This document shows, piece after piece, positions 27,480 through 37,848 of a stretch of 64,000 nt of DNA. Below the pieces are notes generated by a model. It was not told the DNA's origin. It ran no database searches and was given only the letters and a program-made list of their open reading frames with translations. The position numbers and the translations under genes were made by a program. The DNA is taken from NCBI GenBank assembly GCA_028277795.1, contig JANQFP010000028.1, positions 1,273 through 65,272 of the forward strand, given 5' to 3'. The stretch is from Rhodospirillales bacterium. Its GTDB lineage: Bacteria; Pseudomonadota; Alphaproteobacteria; Rhodospirillales; JANQFP01. Positions within the stretch are counted from its first letter, which is position 1. Every line of letters starts with the position of its first letter.

Positions 27480-29564
27480 TCACCCAGATCGTAGGAGCCG
27501 CACCGCGGCGTCGCGCTCGAACAGATACAGCAGGGTCCGCAGGTGGCGGCCGCGGGCCGACGTCAGGTCTGGATCCCGCTCGACGATCAGGCGGGCGTCG
27601 TCGCGGGCCGCCGCCAGAAGCTCCGCGTGGGCCGCCAGGTCGGCGATGCGGAACACCGGCAGGCCGCTCTGGCGGGTGCCCAGGAGCTCGCCGGCCCCGC
27701 GCAGCCGCAGGTCCTCCTCGGCAATGCGGAAGCCGTCGTCGGTCTCCCGCAGGATGTTGAGCCGCGCCCGCGCCGTTTCGGTCAGCGGTGGCGCGTAGAG
27801 CAGCAGACACGCCGAGTCGGCCTCGCCCCGCCCGATGCGGCCGCGGAGCTGATGGAGCTGGGCCAGCCCGAACCGCTCCGCGTGCTCCACCACCATGACC
27901 GTGGCCGCCGGCACGTCGACGCCGACCTCGATGACCGTGGTCGCCACCAGCACGTCCAGCGCACCCTCGGCGAACCGTTTCATCACCGAGTCCTTCTCGG
28001 CCCCCTTCATGCGGCCGTGGACGAGTCCGACCCGGGCCGCCCCGAAGACCTCGGCCAGGTGGGCGCTGCGCTCTTCGGCCGCCGCCACGTCGAGGGCCTC
28101 GGACTCGGCGACCAGGGGACAGACCCAGTAGACCTTCGCGCCCTTGTCCAACCCCCGCCGCACGGCGGCCACCACCTCGCCCAGTCGGTTCAGGGGCAGG
28201 GCCCGGGTGGCCACCGGCCGCCGGCCCGGCGGCTTTTCCAGCAGGCGCGAAACGTCCATGTCGCCATAGGCGGTGAGCATCAGGGTGCGCGGGATGGGCG
28301 TCGCCGTCATCACCAGCACGTCGACGGCCCGGCCCTTGTCGGTGAGCGACAACCGTTGGTGGACGCCGAAACGGTGCTGTTCGTCGATCACCGCCAGGGC
28401 CAGGTGGCGGAAGGCCACGTCCTCCTGGAACAGCGCGTGGGTGCCGACGGCAAGCGCCGCCTCGCCGGACCGCAGCCGGTCCAGGGCCGCGGTCCGCGTC
28501 TTGCCCTTCTCGCGGCCGGTCAGCACCTGGATCTCGAGCCCGGCCGCTGCCGCCAGGGGCTCGATGGTCGCCAGGTGCTGGCGGGCCAGGATCTCGGTGG
28601 GCGCCATGAGCACCGCCTGGGCGCCGCACTCGGCGGCGGTCAGCATGGCCAGCAGGGCGACCACCGTCTTGCCGCTGCCCACGTCCCCTTGCAGGAGGCG
28701 CAGCATGCGGGCCGGGCACGCCATGTCGGCCTCGATCTCGCCCCAGGCCGCCTCCTGCGCGCCGGTGAGGGCGAAGGGGAGGGCGCCCAGCACCCGCCCG
28801 GTGAGCAGCCCGTCGCCGCGGATGGCACGGCCGGCGGTGCGCCGCATGTGATGGCGCACCAAAGCGAGCGCGAGCTGGTTGGCCAGCAGCTCGTCGTAGG
28901 CCAGCCGCGCCCGTGCCGGCGCCGCCGGCTCCAGCGCCGCCTCGTCAGCCGGCGCGTGGGCCTCCAGCAGGGCGTCCCGCCAAGCCCGCCAGCCGTGGCG
29001 CTCGGCGAACGCCGGGTCCAGCCACGAGTCCAGCTCCGGCGCTTTGTCCAGGGCCGCCCGCACCGCCCGGCCGAGAACCTTCAGGCTCAAGCCGGCGGTG
29101 AGTCCGTAGACCGGCTCGACCGCCTGCAGTCGGTCCAGCTCCTCGCGGGTGCCCACGTGATCGGGATGGGTGATCTGCAGCTCGTCTCCGAACCGGTCCA
29201 CCGTGCCGCTGACCACCCGCGTCTCGCCCTCGGGCAGGATCCGTTGCAGGTAATCGGGCTGGGCATGGAAGAAGACCAGGGTGAGGGACCCGGTCTCGTC
29301 GGAGCAATGGACCTTGTAGGGCAGGCGCCGGTTGGGCGGCGGCTGGTGGTGGTCGACGCGGACCGTCATGGTGGCGATGACTCCGGGCTCGGCGGCCGCC
29401 ACCTTGGGGGCGTGCCGGCGGTCGATGAGGCCGGTGGGCAGGTGCCACAAAAGGTCCACCACATGCGGCCCGGCCACCCGCTCGATCAGGCGGCCGAGGC
29501 GGGGACCGACGCCGGGCAGCGAGGTGACCGGCACGAACAGCGGATACAGGACCTCGGGGCGCAT
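27480..29564 (-). CDS. recG: ATP-dependent DNA helicase RecG
   Basis: …LLQGDVGSGKTVVA… (Walker A), …VIDEQHRFGV… (DEQH), …MTATPIPRTL…, …QLHQLRGRIGRG…. I prefer ATG at 29564. Confidence 0.9.
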   Translation of the reverse strand: MRPEVLYPLFVPVTSLPGVGPRLGRLIERVAGPHVVDLLWHLPTGLIDRRHAPKVAAAEPGVIATMTVRVDHHQPPPNRRLPYKVHCSDETGSLTLVFFHAQPDYLQRILPEGETRVVSGTVDRFGDELQITHPDHVGTREELDRLQAVEPVYGLTAGLSLKVLGRAVRAALDKAPELDSWLDPAFAERHGWRAWRDALLEAHAPADEAALEPAAPARARLAYDELLANQLALALVRHHMRRTAGRAIRGDGLLTGRVLGALPFALTGAQEAAWGEIEADMACPARMLRLLQGDVGSGKTVVALLAMLTAAECGAQAVLMAPTEILARQHLATIEPLAAAAGLEIQVLTGREKGKTRTAALDRLRSGEAALAVGTHALFQEDVAFRHLALAVIDEQHRFGVHQRLSLTDKGRAVDVLVMTATPIPRTLMLTAYGDMDVSRLLEKPPGRRPVATRALPLNRLGEVVAAVRRGLDKGAKVYWVCPLVAESEALDVAAAEERSAHLAEVFGAARVGLVHGRMKGAEKDSVMKRFAEGALDVLVATTVIEVGVDVPAATVMVVEHAERFGLAQLHQLRGRIGRGEADSACLLLYAPPLTETARARLNILRETDDGFRIAEEDLRLRGAGELLGTRQSGLPVFRIADLAAHAELLAAARDDARLIVERDPDLTSARGRHLRTLLYLFERDAAVRLLRSG

Positions 29565-29634
29565 GGTTGGACGGGGCGGCTGACACGGCGGGCGGCAGGC
29601 GATATATCCTAGGTTTCCCGGCCGAGGAGAAACA

Positions 29635-29898
29635 ATGCCCGAATCGCTGGACCCGCGCCGCAAACGCCTGTTGTTCCGCAGCCGTCACATGGGGACGGCG
29701 GAGAACGACATCCTGTTCGGCCGCTTCGCCGAACGCCATCTCGCCGGCCTGACCGACGACCAGCTCGACCGCTACGAGGCCCTGCTCCAGAACAACGACG
29801 TGGACCTGTTCAAGTGGCTGACCGGCAAGGCGCCGGTGCCCGAGGAGGTGGACCACGACGTGATGGCGATGCTTCTCGACTTCAAGAACAACCTGTAG
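29635..29898 (+). CDS. sdhE: FAD assembly factor SdhE (DUF339/SDHAF2)
   Basis: An 87-aa protein with …LLFRSRHMGTAENDILFGRF… (R-G-x-x-E motif region). It sits between recG and mfd, as in many alphaproteobacteria. Confidence 0.8.
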   Translation: MPESLDPRRKRLLFRSRHMGTAENDILFGRFAERHLAGLTDDQLDRYEALLQNNDVDLFKWLTGKAPVPEEVDHDVMAMLLDFKNNL

Positions 29899-29902
29899 AG
29901 TT

Positions 29903-32900
29903 TTGGAAAAGCTGACGGAAATCCTGTCGAGGCCGGGTCCGGTCGTCATCGGCGGGGCGCCCGAGGGTTTCGACGCGTTGATCGTCGCCGCGCTGGCCCG
30001 CGGCGGCACCGACGTGCTGTTCGTCGCCCGCGACGAGCTGCGTCGCGCCCGCATGGCCGAGGCCCTGGCCTTTTTCGCCGGCGACGTGGAGCGGCTAGAT
30101 TTCCCGGCCTGGGACTGCCTGCCCTACGACCGCGCCTCGCCGGGCGCCGACGTGGTGGGACGCCGCATCGATACCCTGAGCCGGCTGGCCGACGCGGAGG
30201 CCGACGGCGGCCGTTTGGTGCTGGCCACGGTGGCGGCGGCCCTGCAGCGCGTGCCGCCGCGCACCGCCCTGGCCGGCCGCAGCCTGGCCGGGACCGCGGG
30301 CCACCGCCTGGACCCGGCCGCCGCGGCTGCGTTCCTGTCCCACAACGGCTACGGCCGGGCGGAGACGGTCATGGAGCCGGGGGAGTACGCCGTGCGCGGC
30401 GGCATCCTCGACGTTTTCCCCCCCGGCGCCGAGGAGCCCCTGCGGCTCGATTTCTTCGGCGACGAGTTGGAGGCCGTGCGCACCTTTGACCCCGCCACCC
30501 AGCGCACCACCGGGCAGCGGGACGGGTTCGTCTTCAAGCCGGTCAGCGAAGTCCTGTTGGACGACGACTCGGTGTCCCGGTTCCGCACCGCCTACCGGGA
30601 GCTGTTCGGCGCCGCCTCCGCCGACGATCCCCTCTACGCCTCGGTGTCGGCGGGCCGCCGCCACCCGGGCGTCGAGCACTGGCTGCCGCTGTTCTACGAC
30701 GGCCTGGAGACCCTGGCGGACTACCTGCCGGCGGCGGTCGTGGTGCTCGACCACCAGGCCGACGAGGCCCGCGACACCCGGCTCGAGCAGATCGCCGACT
30801 ACTACGCCGCCCGCACGGCGACGGCGGACGCCGGCCTCGCCGTCGCCGGCGCGCCCTACCATCCGGTGCCGCCGGAGCGCCTGTACCTGGACGCCGACGA
30901 ATGGGCGGGCCTGCTGGACGAGCGGCCCGTGGGGCGGCTCACCCCCTTCGATGCCCCCTCCGCCGACGACTTCGACGCGGGCGGACGCCCGGGCCAGGAC
31001 TTCGCCGACGCGCGGGTGCGGGCCGACGTCAACGTGTTCGACGCCCTGGGCGAACGCATCCGCGACCACCACGACCGAGGCCGGCGGGTGGTGGTGGCGG
31101 CCTTCACCGAAGGCTCGCGGACCCGTCTCGGCACCGTGCTCCGCGAGCACCACATCGCCGGCGCCGCGCCGGTGGAGCGGTGGAGCGACGTGGCGGACCT
31201 GCCCGACGGCGCCGTGGGCCTGGCCGTGCTGGGGCTGGAGCGCGGTTTCGTCGCCGACGGCCTGGCGGTCATCGGCGAACAGGACATCCTGGGCGACCGC
31301 CTGGCCCGCCCGGCGCGGCGCAAGGTCCGGGCCGAGAACCTCATCGCCGAGGCGTCGTCCCTGGCCGAAGGAGACCTGGTGGTCCACGTGGACCACGGCA
31401 TCGGGCGCTACGACGGCCTGGCCGCCATCGAAGTGGCCGGCGCCCCCCACGACTGCCTGCGGCTGGTCTACGAAGGGGGCGACAAGCTGTTCCTGCCGGT
31501 GGAGAACATCGAGCTGATCAGCCGCTACGGCTCCGACCAGGGCGGGGTGCAGCTCGACCGGCTGGGCGGCGCCGGCTGGCAGGCCCGCAAGGCCCGGCTG
31601 AAGGAGCGCATCCGGGACATGGCCGACGAGCTGATCCAGGTGGCCGCGGCGCGGGAGCTGAAGGCGGCGCCGCGCCTGGCCCCGGCGGCGGGGCTGTTCG
31701 ACGAGTTCTGCGCCGGCTTCCCCTATACCGAGACCGACGACCAGGTGCGGGCCATCGACAGCACGCTCGCCGACCTGACCGCCGGCCGCCCCGCCGACCG
31801 CCTGATCTGCGGCGACGTGGGGTTCGGCAAGACCGAGGTGGCGCTGCGCGCCGCCTTCGCCACCGCCATGGACGGCCGGCAGGTGGCGGTGGTGGTGCCC
31901 ACCACCCTGTTGGCGCGCCAGCACTTCCTGACCTTCCGCCAGCGCTTCGCCGGCTTCCCGGTGCGAGTGGAGCAGCTGTCGCGCCTGGTGCCGGCCCGCC
32001 AGGCGCGGGAGGTCAAGGCCGGGCTCGCCGACGGCACCGTCGACATCATCATCGGCACCCACGCCCTGCTGGCCAAGGACGTGCGGTTCCGCGACCTCGC
32101 CCTGCTGGTGGTGGACGAAGAGCAGCACTTCGGGGTCGCCCACAAGGAGCGCCTGAAGGGCCTCAAGGCCGACGTGCACGTGCTGACGCTCACGGCGACG
32201 CCCATCCCCCGCACCCTGCAACTGGCCTTGGCGGGCGTGCGCGAGATGAGCCTGATCGCCACCCCGCCGGTGGACCGGCTGGCCGTGCGCACCTTCGTGC
32301 TGCCCTACGACCCGGTGGTCATCCGCGAGGCCATCCTGCGGGAGCGTTTCCGGGGCGGCCAGACCTTCTACGTGTGCCCGCGCATCGAGGACCTGGACGG
32401 GGTGGCCGAGCGCCTGCGGCGGCTGGTGCCCGAGGTCAAGCTGGTGGTGGCCCACGGCCGCATGGCGGCGCGGCAACTGGAGGAAGCGGTGACCGCCTTC
32501 TACGACGGCGCCTACGACGTGCTGCTGTCCACCAACATCATCGAATCGGGCCTCGACCTGCCGGCGGTCAACACCATCGTCATCCACCGCGCCGACCGCT
32601 TCGGCCTGGCCCAGCTCTATCAGCTTCGCGGCCGGGTGGGGCGTTCCAAGGTGCGGGCCTACGCCTACCTGACCCTGCCCACGGGCCGCAAGCTGACCCC
32701 CACGGCGGAGCGGCGGTTGCAGGTCATGCAGACCCTGGACTCCCTGGGCGCCGGCTTCTCCCTGGCCAGCCACGACATGGACATCCGCGGGGCCGGCAAC
32801 CTGCTGGGTGAGGAGCAGTCGGGCCACATCAAGGAGGTCGGCATCGAGCTCTACCAGCAGATGCTGGAGGAGGCGGTGGCGGACTCCCGCGGCGCCGCCG

Positions 32901-33388
32901 GCGGCCACGCGGCGGAGGAGGAGTGGAGCCCCCAGATTGGCCTCGGCATGCCGGTGCTCATCCCCGACGCCTACGTGGCCGACCTGTCGGTCCGTCTGGG
33001 CCTTTACCGCCGCATCGCCGATCTGCACGACCGGGCGGCGCTGGATGCCTTCGCCGCCGAGCTTATCGACCGCTTCGGCCCCCTGCCACCGGAAGTGGAC
33101 AACCTGCTGGAGACCGTGGCCATCAAGCAGCTGTGCCGCGAGGCCGGCGTCGAGCGCCTGGAGGCGGGCCCCAAGGGCGCCGTGGTGTCGTTCCGCGACA
33201 ACGCGTTCGCCAATCCCGCCGGCCTGGTGGCCTTCCTCGGCCGCCAGGCGGGCAGCGTCAAGCTGCGGCCCGACCACAAGCTGGTCTACCGCCGCGGCTG
33301 GGAGAAGACGGACAGCCGTCTCGCCGGCGTCCGCCACCTGCTGGGGCAGTTGGCCGCCATCGCGGCGGACGGGGCGGGGGCCGCGTGA
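29903..33388 (+). CDS. mfd: Transcription-repair coupling factor
   Basis: A 1161-aa protein with …ICGDVGFGKTEVALRA…, …VVDEEQHFGV…, …LTATPIPRTLQLA… and a C-terminal TRG/D7 region. Confidence 0.95.
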   Translation: MEKLTEILSRPGPVVIGGAPEGFDALIVAALARGGTDVLFVARDELRRARMAEALAFFAGDVERLDFPAWDCLPYDRASPGADVVGRRIDTLSRLADAEADGGRLVLATVAAALQRVPPRTALAGRSLAGTAGHRLDPAAAAAFLSHNGYGRAETVMEPGEYAVRGGILDVFPPGAEEPLRLDFFGDELEAVRTFDPATQRTTGQRDGFVFKPVSEVLLDDDSVSRFRTAYRELFGAASADDPLYASVSAGRRHPGVEHWLPLFYDGLETLADYLPAAVVVLDHQADEARDTRLEQIADYYAARTATADAGLAVAGAPYHPVPPERLYLDADEWAGLLDERPVGRLTPFDAPSADDFDAGGRPGQDFADARVRADVNVFDALGERIRDHHDRGRRVVVAAFTEGSRTRLGTVLREHHIAGAAPVERWSDVADLPDGAVGLAVLGLERGFVADGLAVIGEQDILGDRLARPARRKVRAENLIAEASSLAEGDLVVHVDHGIGRYDGLAAIEVAGAPHDCLRLVYEGGDKLFLPVENIELISRYGSDQGGVQLDRLGGAGWQARKARLKERIRDMADELIQVAAARELKAAPRLAPAAGLFDEFCAGFPYTETDDQVRAIDSTLADLTAGRPADRLICGDVGFGKTEVALRAAFATAMDGRQVAVVVPTTLLARQHFLTFRQRFAGFPVRVEQLSRLVPARQAREVKAGLADGTVDIIIGTHALLAKDVRFRDLALLVVDEEQHFGVAHKERLKGLKADVHVLTLTATPIPRTLQLALAGVREMSLIATPPVDRLAVRTFVLPYDPVVIREAILRERFRGGQTFYVCPRIEDLDGVAERLRRLVPEVKLVVAHGRMAARQLEEAVTAFYDGAYDVLLSTNIIESGLDLPAVNTIVIHRADRFGLAQLYQLRGRVGRSKVRAYAYLTLPTGRKLTPTAERRLQVMQTLDSLGAGFSLASHDMDIRGAGNLLGEEQSGHIKEVGIELYQQMLEEAVADSRGAAGGHAAEEEWSPQIGLGMPVLIPDAYVADLSVRLGLYRRIADLHDRAALDAFAAELIDRFGPLPPEVDNLLETVAIKQLCREAGVERLEAGPKGAVVSFRDNAFANPAGLVAFLGRQAGSVKLRPDHKLVYRRGWEKTDSRLAGVRHLLGQLAAIAADGAGAA

Positions 33389-33855
33389 CCGCGTTGGCCA
33401 CCATCGGCACCCAGGGGGCGTCCATTGCGGCGCTTATCGCCGCGCTGAAGGCGGCCGGCGTGACGGTGGTGCTCGACGTGCGCGCGGTGCCGTGGTCGCG
33501 GCGTCCGGAGTTCGCCAAGCGGGCGCTCTCGGAGACCCTATCGGAGGCCGGCATCGCCTACGTTCACCTGCCGGGTCTGGGCAACCCGAAGGCGGGCCGC
33601 GACGCCGCCCGGGCCGGACGTCGGGACGATTACCGCCGGATCTTCACCGCCCACCTGGACACGCCGGCGGCACAAACCGACCTGGACAGGGCCGCGGCAT
33701 TGGCGTCGGCCGGCAAGGCTTGTCTGCTGTGCATGGAGCGGGAGCCGCAGCACTGCCATCGCAGCCTAGTGGCCGATGCCCTCGCCGAGCGTCTGCCCCT
33801 CCTGGTGGAGAATCTCGAGGCCGTCCCCGGATCGCTCACGCTGCCCCTGCCGTGA
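33385..33855 (+). CDS. DUF488-family protein
   Basis: (M)TALATIGTQGASIAALIAALKAAGVTVVLDVRAVPWSRRPEFAK…CLLCMEREPQHCHRSLVAD…. The GTG start overlaps the mfd stop (GTGA). Confidence 0.7.
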   Translation: MTALATIGTQGASIAALIAALKAAGVTVVLDVRAVPWSRRPEFAKRALSETLSEAGIAYVHLPGLGNPKAGRDAARAGRRDDYRRIFTAHLDTPAAQTDLDRAAALASAGKACLLCMEREPQHCHRSLVADALAERLPLLVENLEAVPGSLTLPLP

Positions 33856-34474
33856 CCTCCGCGGCGTCCAGCATGCGGGCCAGCACCTGGGGATCGTGGG
33901 CGCCGGACAGCACCATGGTGCCGTTGAACACGTAGGACGGCACCCCGTTGATGCCCAGGCGGTGGGCGCGGGCGTTCTCCTCGTAGATCAGGGCCACGTC
34001 GTCCTCGCTGTCCAGGTAGGCGGCGAGGGCGCCCGTGTCGAGACCCAGGTGGGTGCCGATGCCCACCAGCACGGCCTCATCCCCGATGTCCTTTCCGTTG
34101 ACGAAGTAGTTGAGATACAAGGATTCGACGGCGGCCCCGGCGCGGCCATGCCGGTCGGCGAAGCGGACCAGCCGATGGGCGTCCACGGTGTTGGGGGTGT
34201 TGCTGATGCGGTCGAAGGCGAAGTCGATCTCCACCGACTGGCCGGCCTCCGCGATGGCGCCCAGCATGCGGCGCACCCGGGCCTCGCTGCCGAACTTGCG
34301 GACCAGGTAGGTCTCCCGGCTGAGCCCGGCCGCCGGGATCTCCGGGTTGAGCAGGAACGGCCACCAGCGCGGCTTCACGGCCATGCGGGGGCGCAGGGCC
34401 AGGGCCCGTTCGATCCGGCGCTTGCCGATGTAGCACCACGGGCAGGCGGGGTCGAAGACGATGTCGATCTCCAC
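33836..34474 (-). CDS. DsbA/FrnE-like thiol oxidoreductase
   Basis: MEIDIVFDPACPWCYIGKRRIE… (CPWC) and …GINGVPSYVFNG…. Confidence 0.8.
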   Translation of the reverse strand: MEIDIVFDPACPWCYIGKRRIERALALRPRMAVKPRWWPFLLNPEIPAAGLSRETYLVRKFGSEARVRRMLGAIAEAGQSVEIDFAFDRISNTPNTVDAHRLVRFADRHGRAGAAVESLYLNYFVNGKDIGDEAVLVGIGTHLGLDTGALAAYLDSEDDVALIYEENARAHRLGINGVPSYVFNGTMVLSGAHDPQVLARMLDAAEVTAGAA

Positions 34475-34495
34475 GCGGCGGCCTCCCGTCGGTTC

Positions 34496-35827
34496 TTAGT
34501 CCAGGGCCCGGTGGGCCCGCGCGATCAGGGTTTCGGCGGTGTCGTCAGGGGCCAGGTCGGCCATGGCCACCTCCACCGACACCGGGACCGGCTGATAGAC
34601 GTCCTGGACGGCGAAGTCCGTGTAGCTGAGGATTCCCGCAATGCGCTCCATGACCCCGCGGGCCACGGCCAACGGCGTGTCGGGCAGGGCGACGCAAAAA
34701 TCGTGCTCGCCGTGCCGGGCGGTGACGTCCTCGACGCGGACTAGGCCGCCGATCCACGCGGCGAGCTGCCGGGTCAGGTCCTCGGCCGCTTCGACACCGA
34801 ACCTGAGTTGGACCCTGCGCAGGTCGGGGACGAGGAAGAACACCAACGTCAGGTGCTTGCGCCAGATCCGCGCGGCGTCGATCAGGGCCGACAGGTGGGC
34901 GCGCAGGAAGTCGAAGGTATAGATCCCGGTCGCCGCATCGCAGGTGGCCGGCCCCCGCGTCGCCGCCATGGCCCGGCGGATGGTCCAGCGCACCCGCTGG
35001 CGCTCGGCCAGGGTGGCGACGACGAAGCCCAGTTCCGTCGCGGACGCCGACGCCGCGACCACGCGGGTGACCCCGCGGCGGTAGGGCTCGGCCGCATCGC
35101 CGCGCGGGGCACCGCCGTCCAGGAGCACCACCGGCAGGTTGAAGAGCCGGGGGTTGTGGCGGACGCGGTCGCACAGATCGAACAGGGTCTCGTCGTCGGC
35201 CGCGCCGGCGCCCAGCAGGGCCGCGTCGAAGGGCCGCTCCTGGAGCACGCCCTCCACCGCGTGAGGGTCGGCGCAGGGGACCACGTGGCAACGGCCGGGC
35301 AGGGCCGTCTCGACCCGCCTGAGGTCCCCGTCGCCGCCGAGCAGCGGGACGGCGTAGGGCCCGCCGTCCGCCGCCTGGTCCACGGCCCCGTCCACGGCGA
35401 GACCGAACCGGCGGGCCAGGACGCGCCGCCGGCCCAACTCGGACCGCATGGTGGACAGCCGCAGCAACGGCTGCAGGCGGGACGCCAGGATGTGCCGGTC
35501 GAAGGGGTCGACGAACACGTCGTCCACCCCGGCGTCCCGGGCCCGTTGGAACGCCTGCGGAGTGCCCTCGGCGGTGGTGAAGACGACCGGCGTGCCGGTC
35601 CCGTCGGCGTCGGCGGCCAGGGCGGCGGCCAGAGCCACGGCGTCGAGCCCGGGCGAGTCCAGGTCCACCGCCACCACGTCGGGATGGCCCTGGCGGGCCT
35701 GTTCGGTCACCTCGGTGGGGGCCGCGGCCTCGTGCACGGCGCAACCTTCCGCGCCCAGCATGGCGGCCAGCGCGCCGCGCCGGGCCGCGTCGGTTCCGGC
35801 GACGATGACGTTGGCGAGGCGGGTCAT
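34496..35827 (-). CDS. Response-regulator-like protein with degenerate GGDEF output domain
   Basis: It has an N-terminal REC-like segment (…VVAVDLDSPGLD…), a second REC-like segment, and a C-terminal GGDEF fold in which the signature is RHGEHDF rather than GG(D/E)EF. ATG is at 35827. Confidence 0.65.
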   Translation of the reverse strand: MTRLANVIVAGTDAARRGALAAMLGAEGCAVHEAAAPTEVTEQARQGHPDVVAVDLDSPGLDAVALAAALAADADGTGTPVVFTTAEGTPQAFQRARDAGVDDVFVDPFDRHILASRLQPLLRLSTMRSELGRRRVLARRFGLAVDGAVDQAADGGPYAVPLLGGDGDLRRVETALPGRCHVVPCADPHAVEGVLQERPFDAALLGAGAADDETLFDLCDRVRHNPRLFNLPVVLLDGGAPRGDAAEPYRRGVTRVVAASASATELGFVVATLAERQRVRWTIRRAMAATRGPATCDAATGIYTFDFLRAHLSALIDAARIWRKHLTLVFFLVPDLRRVQLRFGVEAAEDLTRQLAAWIGGLVRVEDVTARHGEHDFCVALPDTPLAVARGVMERIAGILSYTDFAVQDVYQPVPVSVEVAMADLAPDDTAETLIARAHRALD

Positions 35828-35855
35828 GACGGCGCCGCCATCCCGGGCCCGGGCA

Positions 35856-36527
35856 TCACGCCCCGGCCACGGCGCGGCGCCGACGGCGCAGCCGGCCCAG
35901 CTCGGCCACCACCTCGGCCGGCTCCAGGCGGTTGGTGTAGTCGACGTCCACGTGCGCCAGCGTGATGGTGCCGTCCTGGTCGGACACGTAGGTGGCCGGC
36001 ACGGGCAGCTCCCACTCCGGCACCCCGTGGCGCCGGGCCAGATCGACGCCGAGGCCGAGGAACGCCGGGCGCACGTAGTCGGGCACCCGGAAGACGAGTC
36101 CGCAGCGCCGCGCCAGGGCGTTGTTCTCGTCGTGCAGGACTTCCAGGGCCAGCGCATTGAGGTCCCTGGTGGCCAGGGCGAAGTCGGTGGTTTCCGGGGT
36201 CACCGCGACCAGGGTGGCGTGCTCCGCCTCGACCGCCGCCAGCACCTCCTGGAAAGCCTGCAGCTCCAGGGAGCAGTAGGGGCACCAGCCGCCCCGGTAG
36301 AAGGTGACCGCCAGGGGACCGTAGTCGAGCAGGCTCTTCGAATGCACCGTCAGGCCGGCGGCGTTGGGCAGCGAGAATTCGGGCAGACCGTCGCCCACCC
36401 CGAGGGCCCCGTCGGTGAAGCGGCTGGCCGTCAGCTCCTTGACGTGGCGGTCGAACAGGGCCGCGTACTCGGGCATGCTCTCGGCGCTTTTTGCACGCCG
36501 CGCCTCGAGTTGCTCGTGGAGGCTCAT
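35856..36527 (-). CDS. AhpC/TSA-family thiol peroxidase-like redoxin
   Basis: …LAVTFYRGGWCPYCSLELQAF… The start is either 36527 or 36548. Confidence 0.75.
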   Translation of the reverse strand: MSLHEQLEARRAKSAESMPEYAALFDRHVKELTASRFTDGALGVGDGLPEFSLPNAAGLTVHSKSLLDYGPLAVTFYRGGWCPYCSLELQAFQEVLAAVEAEHATLVAVTPETTDFALATRDLNALALEVLHDENNALARRCGLVFRVPDYVRPAFLGLGVDLARRHGVPEWELPVPATYVSDQDGTITLAHVDVDYTNRLEPAEVVAELGRLRRRRRAVAGA

Positions 36528-36696
36528 GTGACACCGCCTGTTGCCCATGCGGCCCGGGGCCGCCGTTCCTGTTAGAGATTAGGCACAATTCCCGGCCACT
36601 TCAAACGGCCCGCCCGCGCCGGATTGAGGGTTGACTTCCCGACCGCCGCTCACTACCCAAAGTGCGATCCCATCGGCGCAACAAGGGGGCCTAGTC

Positions 36697-37506
36697 ATGC
36701 CTCGTGGACTTCTGATCGGTGGCGGCGTGGTCGTCGTCATAATCGTCGCGGCCGTCATCCTGCTGGTCTCGTCTCTCGACTCCCTGATCGAGGCGGCGGT
36801 GGAGAAGATCGGCTCCCAGGTGACCGGGGTCACCGTCGAGCTGGACGAAGCGGAGGTCTCGACGACGTCCGGCCAGGGGGCCCTGCGCGGCCTCACCGTC
36901 GGCAACCCCAAGGGCTTCAAGACCCCGTCGGCGATGCGCCTGGGCGAGGTCTCCCTGTCCCTGGACCTCGGGTCCATCCAGAGCGACACGGTGCTCATCA
37001 AGGAGATCGTCGTCGCGGCGCCGGAGATCACCTACGAGCTGTCCTCGGACGGCAGCAACATCGACGCCATCCGCCGCAATGTGGAGGCCAACACGGCCGG
37101 CGGCGGGACCAGCCAGTCGTCCGGTGACGAAGGCGGCAAGAAGATGGTGATCGAGAACCTCTACGTCCGCGGCGCCAAGGTCCAGGTCAGCGCCACCGTG
37201 CTCGGGGGCCAGACGGTGGGCGCCACCCTGCCGGAGATCCACCTGACCGACATCGGCAAGGACGAGGGCGGCACCGACGCCGGCCAGATCATCGACGAGG
37301 TGCTGGCGGCGGTGGGCGGCGCGCTCGGCAAGACCGTGGGCTCCCCGGACCTGGGCGGCGCGGTGGACAAGCTCAAGGACGCCGCGGCCGGCGCCGGCGA
37401 ACAGGCGACAGAGAAGCTGGAGGGCGTCACCGAAGGGGCGGGCAAGGCCCTCGAAGACGCCGGCAAGGAAGCCGAAGGCGCGCTGAAGAAGCTGATGGGC
37501 CGGTAG
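36697..37506 (+). CDS. Membrane-anchored hypothetical protein (DUF748/AsmA-like N-terminal region?) with Gly/Ala/Lys/Glu-rich tail
   Basis: MPRGLLIGGGVVVVIIVAAVILLV is an anchor, followed by …GVTVELDEAEVSTTSGQGALRGLTVGNPKGF…. ATG at 36697 has AAGGGGG upstream. The function is not recognised. Confidence 0.55.
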   Translation: MPRGLLIGGGVVVVIIVAAVILLVSSLDSLIEAAVEKIGSQVTGVTVELDEAEVSTTSGQGALRGLTVGNPKGFKTPSAMRLGEVSLSLDLGSIQSDTVLIKEIVVAAPEITYELSSDGSNIDAIRRNVEANTAGGGTSQSSGDEGGKKMVIENLYVRGAKVQVSATVLGGQTVGATLPEIHLTDIGKDEGGTDAGQIIDEVLAAVGGALGKTVGSPDLGGAVDKLKDAAAGAGEQATEKLEGVTEGAGKALEDAGKEAEGALKKLMGR

Positions 37507-37790
37507 GCGCCAAGCCGCCCACCCGCCAGCCGTCCCGCCAGCCGAGATCGCTAAAAAGCGCCCGCCGCCCCGCAGAGGGATGGCAGGGGATGACTCCGGC
37601 CGCTCGATGGCCGGTGTTCGGGCGTGGTGTCCGCATGTTCGTTCGGTGAGACCGCGCCGGGGACCGGTCGCGCGCGACGGCCTTTGGCGTGCAGCATCCG
37701 GAGACCTACACCGCCGCAGGCGTTACCATCCTTGGCCGCTACCACGATGAGATGAACAGCATGTGGAGAATTTAACCACAAACAGACGGC

Positions 37791-37848
37791 TCAGGTCTTG
37801 AATGTTGAATACCGTGCCGACGCAAGCCATTCAACATTCAAGACCTGA
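37791..37848. repeat. Perfect 20-bp inverted repeat (hairpin) in AT-richer DNA
   Basis: TCAGGTCTTGAATGTTGAAT (37791-37810) pairs with ATTCAACATTCAAGACCTGA (37829-37848) around an 18-nt loop. Confidence 0.8.

Noticed and set aside
30095-33337. 1080-aa ORF antisense to mfd
   Set aside because: It is the same shadow-ORF artefact. The mfd frame carries helicase motifs throughout.
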